Shown here: positions 49,532 to 57,093 of the stretch, one piece after another
Layout: each line of letters starts with the position of its first letter
Position numbering within the stretch: the stretch's first letter is position 1
Assembly (NCBI GenBank): GCA_964491925.1
Contig: CAZBGZ010000005.1
Location: 1-57,093 of the forward strand
DNA length: 57,093 nucleotides
Reading direction: 5' to 3'
DNA from: an uncultured Candidatus Saccharibacteria bacterium
Lineage (GTDB): Bacteria; Patescibacteriota; Saccharimonadia; Saccharimonadales; JAGQNJ01
Position numbers and translations under genes: made by a program
The notes under the pieces: model-generated
The model's database searches: none
The model's input: the letters and a program-made list of their open reading frames with translations, nothing else
What the model was told of the DNA's origin: nothing

Positions 49532-50137
49532 TCGTAACCCAGAAAAAGCCACACCGGTTTCTTCCAGTTGGAAACATGCTTGTACTACGGAGTATGCTGT
49601 CAAATCTTCGCCGTCTATATTGACAACAGCCGATACACCAGGCTCGTTTGGCTTCGCAAGCTTTAGATGCTTGGCGGTACTATCAAAGCTTCTCATGGGG
49701 TTTGTACGCCAGGCATTATCCTTGCCAGAATAAAAACCCTCTTTGTCTAATACGGCTAATCTGCTATAGGCAACCGTTTCGTCGCAATCAACATTAAAAG
49801 TAACAACTTTGACATTTGCACGTATTACCTGGGCAAGATGCTTTGTTCTCGACGCTGCGTTGCTAAACATGACTTCTTCTAGTACCACACTTGCTCCCGT
49901 TCCTAGGTCAAATAGTGCGTCATGCACCAGCTCACTTCTTAGCTCATCCGAGGGAATTTTTTGGTTATCAACAGTCATTTCTCTTCTATATTCTTCGCCA
50001 TTAACCGCAACGACTTGATCTTCTACGAACTGTTCTCTGAGCTCAGTAGAGAAATCTGGCCGCAAACTGCCTGGTAAGCCACAAAAAACAAACAGTGTCG
50101 GTCTGGGTATATAGAGTTTGGCTTCGGGGTTTGTCAT
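49520..50137 (-). CDS. Degenerate AAA_33-like kinase fold protein
   Basis: LFVFCGLPGSLRP (Walker A without GKS/T), ASVVLE, N..SR pattern. Confidence 0.55.
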   Translation of the reverse strand: MTNPEAKLYIPRPTLFVFCGLPGSLRPDFSTELREQFVEDQVVAVNGEEYRREMTVDNQKIPSDELRSELVHDALFDLGTGASVVLEEVMFSNAASRTKHLAQVIRANVKVVTFNVDCDETVAYSRLAVLDKEGFYSGKDNAWRTNPMRSFDSTAKHLKLAKPNEPGVSAVVNIDGEDLTAYSVVQACFQLEETGVAFSGLRLVS

Positions 50138-50235
50138 AAATTTACTTACTTTATCGACATAATACTGTATTTTTGTTGTTATAACGAATCGGTGTCGTAA
50201 GAAAATATTGATTTTGCTTCACTACGATTCTTTCG

Positions 50236-50823
50236 ATGTACAATAGTGTCATGGTTTTCGATGATTACAAGCAAAAAGATGCCGTTTGCATAGTCTATAC
50301 CGGCGAGGGGAAAGGGAAGACTAGTGCCAGTATGGGGCTGATGACAAGGGCGCTTGGCACTGGCTGGAAAGTAGCTTTTATTCAGTTCATAAAGACGTGG
50401 GACGTCGGCGAACACAACTTTATTCACAAAATTCAACCCTTATTTAAAGATGATTTGTACTTCTACAAGGGCGGCAAAGGTTTTTATAATGCGCCCGATG
50501 GCCTGGGCGAAGAAGGCGTAACAGAAGAAGACCACAAACAGGCAGCCAAAGAAACCTTCAATGAAGCGTACAAGGCTGCAACGAGCGGTCAGTTCCAGCT
50601 CGTTATTTGCGACGAAATTAATAATGCCGTAAATAACGGCTTGCTTGAGGTAAAGCAGTTGGAGAAATTGATAAAAGATCGTGATTCTAAAACCAGCCTA
50701 TGCCTAACGGGACGAAATTTTCCAGAAAAACTGATCCCGTTTGCTGACATCGCCACAAACATGACAAAAATCAGACATCATTTCGATGATAAATACCTAG
50801 CCAACAAAGGCATAGATTACTGA
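50236..50823 (+). CDS. Cob(I)alamin adenosyltransferase (BtuR/CobO family)
   Basis: YTGEGKGKTSA, IQFIK, ICDEI, LTGR, KGIDY. Confidence 0.92.
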   Translation: MYNSVMVFDDYKQKDAVCIVYTGEGKGKTSASMGLMTRALGTGWKVAFIQFIKTWDVGEHNFIHKIQPLFKDDLYFYKGGKGFYNAPDGLGEEGVTEEDHKQAAKETFNEAYKAATSGQFQLVICDEINNAVNNGLLEVKQLEKLIKDRDSKTSLCLTGRNFPEKLIPFADIATNMTKIRHHFDDKYLANKGIDY

Positions 50824-51493
50824 GGGCCCAGATTCGTGGCCAGCAACGCCATCTTGGCAAGCTCTGCAGATGAACGTTGATCTTCAATATTTCTAGTGCC
50901 CTCAGCAAGAGCTAAGACGTCATAAACATTCGCATGACCTCGCCAATTTTCAAAACCAGGCGCAATATTTGTACTAGCAAGAACATCTTGTTCTCTGTCT
51001 ATATATTTGCGCTCTAATTCGTCAAACAAATGCACCTGATAATGATCTGTTTCTAAACCTGTTGACAGAATGAGCATGTCATTAGGAACAAAGTCCGAAT
51101 CATGAAAGTCATGTTGACAAGGGACGCACGAATGAAGCGTTGGTGAACGAACTTCGGTAATTTCTTCGATTCCATCGATATCCTGGTTAGACACGAGCAC
51201 GATTCCGAGTATAATACCTCTTGTTTTTTTACAACACCTAATATTTTCTTTTCTGCGCAAATCTTTTCTTTTACTCCACGTTTAACGTTCCCTCGGGCCG
51301 GCTTGGTTATAGAGTTTTCCTCAAGATCAATGACAAATGCCGCACATCCAACCCTGACATCACGGTAGCTATAGCTCTTATTGGGGTCTCGGACAACAGC
51401 CCGAGCATCTTCTAACATATCAGGCACACTCTCAATAAACCTTTTGTAAGGGTCAAACTCTGGATTATCAGAAAACCTTCTGCTATCAGCCAT
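50817..51493 (-). pseudogene. Cytidine deaminase-like gene split by a frameshift in an A7 tract
   Basis: First frame SYSYRDVRVGCA..GN..KICAE; second frame TLHSCVPC; one extra A at 51224-51230 joins them into 225 aa. Confidence 0.75.
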
Positions 51494-51576
51494 TATTAAA
51501 TAATACAATGTTATTGCTGATTTTACAATATTCAAAGGTTTGCCAGTATAGTCACGAACAAGTACTCTATTTGTAT

Positions 51577-52089
51577 ATGAACAAGCCAACACTTTATTTG
51601 ATGTTAGGGTATCCCGGCGCAGGCAAGACGACTGCAGCGGAACACATTGCTCGATTGACGGGTGCTGTACTCTTGACCTCTGATAAAATTCGGCTAGAAC
51701 TGTTTCCTAACCCGACATTTTCACCAGAAGAGCATGCCAAACTATACGCTGCCATAGACCGACGAACAGAACAACTATTACAAGGCGGATCGAGTGTCAT
51801 TTACGACGCCAACCTAAATAGGTATGGACACCGTAAGGAAAAATATAATATTTGTGACAAAACAAATGCAAAACCAAAGCTAATATGGCGGCAAACACCT
51901 CGCGAGATCGCTAAAGTCCGCGCAACAGATGAAACGCGCTATCATTTGATACCCTCGAACGAGACCGCGGAACATATGTTCGAACGAATTGCCGGGATAA
52001 TTGAACCGCCTAGAGATGACGAGCATGCCATTGTGCTGTCTGGTGAAGATGTCACTGAGCAAGATATAAAAACAGCTCTTGGGCTATAG
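51577..52089 (+). CDS. P-loop kinase, AAA_33-like (paralogue of 184..834)
   Basis: GYPGAGKT, SDKIRLELF, SVIYDAN. Confidence 0.85.
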   Translation: MNKPTLYLMLGYPGAGKTTAAEHIARLTGAVLLTSDKIRLELFPNPTFSPEEHAKLYAAIDRRTEQLLQGGSSVIYDANLNRYGHRKEKYNICDKTNAKPKLIWRQTPREIAKVRATDETRYHLIPSNETAEHMFERIAGIIEPPRDDEHAIVLSGEDVTEQDIKTALGL

Positions 52090-52094
52090 ACCAG

Positions 52095-52661
52095 ATGACC
52101 AAACGACAAACAAAGAAACTAATTAATTTGGTTTTATCTATTTTGGTGTTGCTAGTAGGAACCATTATTGCCAGGAACGCTGAGGTCCAGGCGCCAGTTG
52201 CATTGCAAGCCGGAACCTACCGCGTTGCAAAATTCGATGACGGCGACACGATCGTTGTTGACATGAACGGCAAGAACGAAACAATTCGTTTTATTGGAGT
52301 TGATACCCCTGAAACACACGACCCACGCAAAGCCGTACAGTGTTTTGGCAAAGACGCTGCTGATTTTACAAAAAACCTAATTGGCAACAACCTCGTTCGG
52401 CTTGAGGCTGACCCGACAAATACCAATCGAGATCGTTACAACAGGCTTCTGAGGTACGTTTATTTGCCAGATGGTACTTTGATAAATGCCGAGATTATTA
52501 GGCAAGGCTATGGCTTTGCCTACCTTAGCTTTCCGTCACAAAAATCTGAAAAATTCAGGCAACTACAAACAGAAGCCAGAGAAGCTAACCGCGGGCTCTG
52601 GAGTGGCTGCGAACCGATCAAGAATAAATATGGTGGCTATACATCAAACGACGCAAAGTAG
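52095..52661 (+). CDS. Thermonuclease (SNase) family protein
   Basis: DGDT, IRFIGVDTPE, DRYNRLLRYV, RGLW. Confidence 0.95.
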   Translation: MTKRQTKKLINLVLSILVLLVGTIIARNAEVQAPVALQAGTYRVAKFDDGDTIVVDMNGKNETIRFIGVDTPETHDPRKAVQCFGKDAADFTKNLIGNNLVRLEADPTNTNRDRYNRLLRYVYLPDGTLINAEIIRQGYGFAYLSFPSQKSEKFRQLQTEAREANRGLWSGCEPIKNKYGGYTSNDAK

Positions 52662-52665
52662 TGTC

Positions 52666-53520
52666 CTAGCGCATTGGCTGAACGCGAATTTCGGGTTCTT
52701 CTCGTAGTTTTTTAAATGATAGTTGTTTTGTTTCTGGGTCGTAAGCCCGCTTTACTAGCTTTACGCCGAATTGACCTGCCAACACAAACACTATGGGTAG
52801 AGTCACAGCTGGGCTCTGTATACCATGGATAGCGTAGGTGTTTTTGTGGACTTTTAGATATTTGATCATTTCCAGGGTTGGATCATTAATCCGCCTAGAG
52901 GAAGTCATAGCCGTTAGATGTGGGTCGAAAGCCACCCGAAAACCGGCTTGATCTAGATGGATTGCGATGTCAACGTCCTCATGAATATCCTTGCGTGTAC
53001 ACATACCGTCTTTAATAGCTTCCCAGGCTTCTCGACGCATCGCCATATTACTACCGAACAGGAATACAGCATCGTCACGAGCACCTATATGCCACGTAGC
53101 CCTGCGGATATTTTTATCAAAGAAAAGCCCTATTTTCTCGCCCGGCGCATCATGAAAACCAACTGGTCCACTAACAGCGGATATTTTTTTATTTTTTAAC
53201 TTTTTCTGTATATCGTGAACCCAGGTTTTAGGTAAATGGGTGTCTGCGTCAATTCTACCTATAATCTGTCCCTTAGATACGTTAAATCCCTTGGTTCGAA
53301 CCGCCAAAACACCCGGCATGCTTTCGTGAACCAGCTTCACGAATGGGAAAGACTTTGCGATTTTTACAGAATTATCCGTCGAGTTGTTATCTACAACAAT
53401 CACCTCGAATGGTTTAACAGTTTGGTTTTTTATCGATTCTAAACAATCTCCCAGGTAGTTCTCTTCATTGAAAACTGGTATAACTATAGATACAGAAAGT
53501 GCTTGTGTTTTTTTTAACAT
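52666..53520 (-). CDS. GT2 glycosyltransferase
   Basis: SIVIPVFNEE, VVDNNSTD, RIDADT, HEDVD. Confidence 0.93.
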   Translation of the reverse strand: MLKKTQALSVSIVIPVFNEENYLGDCLESIKNQTVKPFEVIVVDNNSTDNSVKIAKSFPFVKLVHESMPGVLAVRTKGFNVSKGQIIGRIDADTHLPKTWVHDIQKKLKNKKISAVSGPVGFHDAPGEKIGLFFDKNIRRATWHIGARDDAVFLFGSNMAMRREAWEAIKDGMCTRKDIHEDVDIAIHLDQAGFRVAFDPHLTAMTSSRRINDPTLEMIKYLKVHKNTYAIHGIQSPAVTLPIVFVLAGQFGVKLVKRAYDPETKQLSFKKLREEPEIRVQPMR

Positions 53521-53541
53521 ATTCTAACTGATAGTAACAAA

Positions 53542-54777
53542 ATGAGTACGAAGCGCAAAAAGATATACACCAACAAGAAAAAAACCCCTATCAAAAAAGC
53601 TGGGGTGGTTAAAGCAAGCCCTCTGACAAAAAGTATCATAAAACAAACTGCTCCTCATGCTAAAAAAGTTAAGCATTGGTACCTTCGCAGACGGTTATGG
53701 CAAAAAATTGGTATTTGGGCTTCTATTTTTATCTTTTTGATCATCAGCAGTATGTATGGAATTGCACGCTGGTACATCGCCAAACACTCGCACGAACCGC
53801 TAACAATAGGGGCAACTTTTATCCCAGACTATGCTCGCTACTACGACCTAGATCCAAAGGAGACCATGCAGGCTATGATAGATGACCTAGGCATGCGACG
53901 ATTTAGGCTAGTTAGCTATTGGGATGATATCGAGGAAAAGCCGGGTCATTATGATTTCCGCGAGCTAGACTGGCAGTTCAAAAAGGTAGAAGACGCCGGC
54001 GGGACAGTCAGCCTCGCTATTGGGCTACGTCAACCGCGCTGGCCAGAATGTCATTGGCCCGATTGGGCAAAAAACGAGCCCAAATCCAAGTGGAGCCAAG
54101 ATATCAAAACAGTCATGGGGAAGGTGATTGACCGGTACAAAAATAGCCCTGCTCTAGAAAGTTATCAATTAGAGAACGAATATTTTCTAGACGTTTTTGG
54201 TGACTGCCCGGATCACAGTCGAGAGAGGCTTGTCGATGAATATGATTATGTGAAGTCAAAAGATCCTGAAAAACCAGTGATAGTTACCCGTAGCAACAAT
54301 GCCACCCCTAGCTGGCCGGTTGGGACGCCTCGTCCGGACATGAACGGGGCTTCTATATATAAAAGGGTTTGGGACAGAACGGTTACTAAAAGATACTTCG
54401 AATATCCGTTGCCAGCGTGGTATTACGCCTTTCTGGCTGGTGGGGCAGAGCTAACCACTGGTAACAATACGATAATTCACGAAATGCAAACCGAGGCTTG
54501 GCCACCAACAGCCATGAAAAAAACCAGCATCGAGGAACAGGACAAATCACTACCGTCAGATAAACTGGACGATCGGATACAGTACGGCGTCGACACTGGA
54601 ATGAAAACTATAGACTTGTGGGGAGTGGAATGGTGGTACTGGCGAAAAATGAAATTGGGAGATTCTAGTCTATGGGACGCCGGAAAAGCCAAGATTTTTC
54701 AATTAACTAATTCTGAAAAACAATGCCCTGGTTATTATGCAGCGCCGTCGGACTCTCGGTCAAAAAGTCCTTGCTAA
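53542..54777 (+). CDS. Membrane-anchored clan GH-A glycoside hydrolase (beta-galactosidase-like)
   Basis: YWDDIE..PGHYDF..LDW, QLENE, HEMQTE, LWGVEWW. Confidence 0.8.
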   Translation: MSTKRKKIYTNKKKTPIKKAGVVKASPLTKSIIKQTAPHAKKVKHWYLRRRLWQKIGIWASIFIFLIISSMYGIARWYIAKHSHEPLTIGATFIPDYARYYDLDPKETMQAMIDDLGMRRFRLVSYWDDIEEKPGHYDFRELDWQFKKVEDAGGTVSLAIGLRQPRWPECHWPDWAKNEPKSKWSQDIKTVMGKVIDRYKNSPALESYQLENEYFLDVFGDCPDHSRERLVDEYDYVKSKDPEKPVIVTRSNNATPSWPVGTPRPDMNGASIYKRVWDRTVTKRYFEYPLPAWYYAFLAGGAELTTGNNTIIHEMQTEAWPPTAMKKTSIEEQDKSLPSDKLDDRIQYGVDTGMKTIDLWGVEWWYWRKMKLGDSSLWDAGKAKIFQLTNSEKQCPGYYAAPSDSRSKSPC

Positions 54778-54781
54778 AAAC

Positions 54782-55777
54782 CTAGAGAGCTGCGGTTTGT
54801 AGTGCGCCGGCAGCAGCACGCGCAACATTGTCAAATACCGAGTGATCTCCGGTTTGGGTTTGGGTATCGATTATTCCACCTGGCCTTAATTTACTAAATG
54901 CTTTTTCCGGGAAAACACTCGAATCTTCCATTCTAACAACCAGAATTAGTGGAGCATTTTCTGTAGTTCTTAGTGATTCTAGCTGCTCAACAGTGCGATC
55001 AGTACCAAACCCACGCATAAGCGCAAGATTCCCAAGAGGGTCTGTTTTCCACCAAGAGACGACTCGATCTGATGCATCCTTTTTATGTATCTTCTCGGCC
55101 AGGGTAAGGTCAGCAACATCGATGCCTCTTGCCTCCCTAAGAGCGGAGGAGTGGCTTTTCATGACATTGTCAAAAAGCTGATTACCGGAACGTGCGAAAG
55201 CTAGCCCAACCAAAACACCCCTTGCCAAAACTCGCGCTGGCTCGAAAACACCCATTCTTTCTACATGTGGAAATACAAAATTTTCATTATTAAGAGATTG
55301 CCACACAGCCTCGACCTCTACATCAGCCGCTTCTGAAAAACCCGATAGCTCGAATTCTTGGTCATCACTAATATCTAAATCTTCTGCGACAACTGCAAGT
55401 CGCTCGGCTAGCGGCAGAAAACTGCCGTGGGAAATCTGGCGTCGCTGTCCTCTATCAAAACGTTGACTGGCAGGGTCATACTGCTGGGCAACAACCAATG
55501 CAGTATCACTACCGAGTGCTATGTGCTGTGCCTTACCGCGGATTAGCTGAGAGTCATCATCAAGAGTTGTACTGTAAGGAACTGATGTTAAATGTATTCG
55601 TTCTGCTTCTCTGACGTTTCCAAAAACCACATATGGGGCCTGTGTGCCATCAGGGGCATCGACAAACTGCGTGGTTGGTAAGTATAAATCTTCAGCAGAG
55701 GCATTCTGGAAACCCGCTTCAAATAAAGCTTCTGCAGCCTGAATCCTAAACGAAAACTCGTCGTGAGTCATAATCAC
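54782..55777 (-). CDS. Hypothetical protein, possible divergent alpha/beta hydrolase
   Basis: LSGFSEAA elbow-like motif, DSSV, GDHS. Confidence 0.55.
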   Translation of the reverse strand: MIMTHDEFSFRIQAAEALFEAGFQNASAEDLYLPTTQFVDAPDGTQAPYVVFGNVREAERIHLTSVPYSTTLDDDSQLIRGKAQHIALGSDTALVVAQQYDPASQRFDRGQRRQISHGSFLPLAERLAVVAEDLDISDDQEFELSGFSEAADVEVEAVWQSLNNENFVFPHVERMGVFEPARVLARGVLVGLAFARSGNQLFDNVMKSHSSALREARGIDVADLTLAEKIHKKDASDRVVSWWKTDPLGNLALMRGFGTDRTVEQLESLRTTENAPLILVVRMEDSSVFPEKAFSKLRPGGIIDTQTQTGDHSVFDNVARAAAGALQTAAL

Positions 55778-55836
55778 AAGATTATAGCAGGAATAATTGA
55801 TTTTGTCCAGTTATGCTTATCCGGTACAATAGGGAT

Positions 55837-56301
55837 GTGAAGAAGAAAAAGTCTACACCCGGTCGTATTCTAAATCGTCGCGCAAAGTTTGATTATCAGC
55901 TGGGCGATAGTTTTGTCGTGGGCATAGTTTTGAACGGTCGCGAGACAAAATCCCTGCGACAAGGGCATGCGCACCTGCGCGGAGCATATGTCACAGTCAA
56001 AGAGGATGAACTTTGGCTTACAAATGCCACTATTGCTAGTGGCAAGACTTTTGTCATACCCGAAGAAGAGCAAACCCAGGCACGCAAACTTCTCGCACAT
56101 CGCAAAGAAATTGAAACAATGTTAAAGGCGAAACAGCAGGGGAATACTCTGGTTCCGACGGAATTCTTAACTGGGTCTAGGCATATAAAACTGCGCGTTA
56201 ACATAGGACGAGGCAAAAAGCGCTATGATAAGCGCAATACTATTAAACAGCGCGATCAAATGCGCGACGCTAATGCTGATATGAAACGAGCCAAGTCTTG
56301 A
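55837..56301 (+). CDS. smpB: SsrA-binding protein SmpB
   Basis: NRRAKFDY, GRETKSLR, RKLLAHRKEI, GKKRYDKR; GTG start 6 nt after TACAAT. Confidence 0.96.
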   Translation: MKKKKSTPGRILNRRAKFDYQLGDSFVVGIVLNGRETKSLRQGHAHLRGAYVTVKEDELWLTNATIASGKTFVIPEEEQTQARKLLAHRKEIETMLKAKQQGNTLVPTEFLTGSRHIKLRVNIGRGKKRYDKRNTIKQRDQMRDANADMKRAKS

Positions 56302-56816
56302 GCGGAAGAGAAAAGGTAATTCTTGTAGACAAACAAGACAACGTTATTGGCGCAAAATGGCGTGACGAGCTAACGGATACTGACTGTTGGCGAATATCTT
56401 GTATTTGGATCACCAATTCTAAGGGGGAAGCCCTACTCCAAAAACGCTCAATGAGTAAAAGCGTCGACCCGGGGCTCTGGATAGCAGGCGCCTCTGGCAC
56501 TGTCGAGTGGGGTGATGACTACGCGCAGACTGCCCTAAAAGAAGCCGAGGAAGAAATTGGTCTATCAGGCCACAAAATAACCCCAACTAACAAGGTCCTT
56601 TACAGGTCTAGTTTTGGCTGGCGTCAGTGTCAAGGCTTTACAACTGTTTGTGATTGGTCAATAGAAAAATTTGTAATTCAAAAAGAAGAAGTATCGCAAA
56701 TAGAGTGGGCTAACTTAAGTCAGCTAATAAAAGAGTTTTTGGGCAAAGAAAAGCCAAGCAGAAAATACCCCAAATCACTAGCGAAACTATACCTAGAGAT
56801 GTTCAATCTAGTCTAA
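56298..56816 (+). CDS. NUDIX hydrolase (IDI-like)
   Basis: LLQKRS..K..DPGLW; Nudix box GTVEWGDDYAQTALKEAEEEIG. Confidence 0.9.
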   Translation: MSGREKVILVDKQDNVIGAKWRDELTDTDCWRISCIWITNSKGEALLQKRSMSKSVDPGLWIAGASGTVEWGDDYAQTALKEAEEEIGLSGHKITPTNKVLYRSSFGWRQCQGFTTVCDWSIEKFVIQKEEVSQIEWANLSQLIKEFLGKEKPSRKYPKSLAKLYLEMFNLV

Positions 56817-56819
56817 ATA

Positions 56820-56848
56820 TTTACATTTACAGAGTAAATCGTTAGAAT
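56820..56848 (+). promoter_or_regulatory. Putative tRNA-Asn promoter
   Basis: TTTACA-17 nt-TAGAAT. Confidence 0.6.
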
Positions 56849-56872
56849 GAGCAAGTTAATCAATCTTAATAT

Positions 56873-56947
56873 TCCCGGGTAGCTCAATGGTGGAGCAAGA
56901 AGCTGTTAACTTCGAGGTTGCCGGTTCGAGTCCGGCCCCGGGAGCCA
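56873..56947 (+). tRNA. tRNA-Asn (GTT)
   Basis: TCCCGGGTAGCTCAA...GAAG-CTGTTAA-CTTC...GGTTCGAGTCC..CCCGGGAGCCA. Confidence 0.96.
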
Positions 56948-57050
56948 GAGCAAGCAGAGAAAAGCACAGACCAGGTTCCTAGACCTGTCTCCAACTTCTC
57001 TCCTTGCTCAGCCAAGAAAGATATGTGCTGATTACAAGGCACAAATGTTG

Positions 57051-57075
57051 GAACCGTCCGAAAGGGCGGTTCTTT
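57051..57075 (+). terminator. Terminator downstream of tRNA-Asn
   Basis: GAACCGTCC-GAAA-GGGCGGTTC-TTT. Confidence 0.7.
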
Positions 57076-57093
57076 CGTAGCCACCTCTGTTAT

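Noticed and set aside
50236..50823. Cobalamin adenosyltransferase as evidence of B12 biosynthesis
   Set aside because: It is an isolated gene with no other cob/btu genes or B12 riboswitch in the window.
56848..56855. TGAGCAAG upstream of tRNA-Asn pairing with CTTGCTCA downstream as a processing stem
   Set aside because: The upstream copy overlaps the predicted -10 box and so is probably not transcribed.

Overview
This 57-kb window looks like chromosome from a reduced-genome Patescibacteria/CPR bacterium, most likely Saccharibacteria. That assignment is inferred from gene content (tmk-thyX fusion, gene order, many orphan ORFs); the genetic code is standard code 11. Most of the window is housekeeping: tRNA-Trp/Gln/Asn, secE-nusG-rplK-rplA, rplJ-rplL, dTTP synthesis genes, dnaX-dnaB-ebfC-recR-cysS, envelope genes, a UvrD-nuclease fusion, a complete F1Fo ATP synthase operon and smpB. 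Two accessory loci stand out. (1) Just downstream of tRNA-Gln lies a translationally coupled two-gene operon. The first gene encodes an 850-aa fusion of a YunG-like Cys-His-Asp domain, a cytidylate-kinase-like domain with altered NMP-binding motifs, and a Mom-like GNAT domain. The second encodes a divergent HAM1/ITPase-fold protein, and a remnant of a PEP-utilising phospho-His domain follows. This is a candidate undescribed modified-nucleotide system (defence, signalling or DNA modification). (2) A LeuA-like enzyme lacking the allosteric domain and a ridA-ilvA pair are each preceded by a leader-peptide attenuator (Leu-rich and Ile-rich respectively) that the ORF track misses, which is unexpected in a lineage generally lacking amino-acid biosynthesis. 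Other observations are L1 and L10 autoregulatory leaders, apparent widespread leaderless transcription, two genes interrupted at A7 tracts, a small dispersed palindromic repeat family and a duplicated rplL 3' end. No CRISPR array, integrase or transposase was seen. All family assignments come from motif recognition by eye; no database searches were run.
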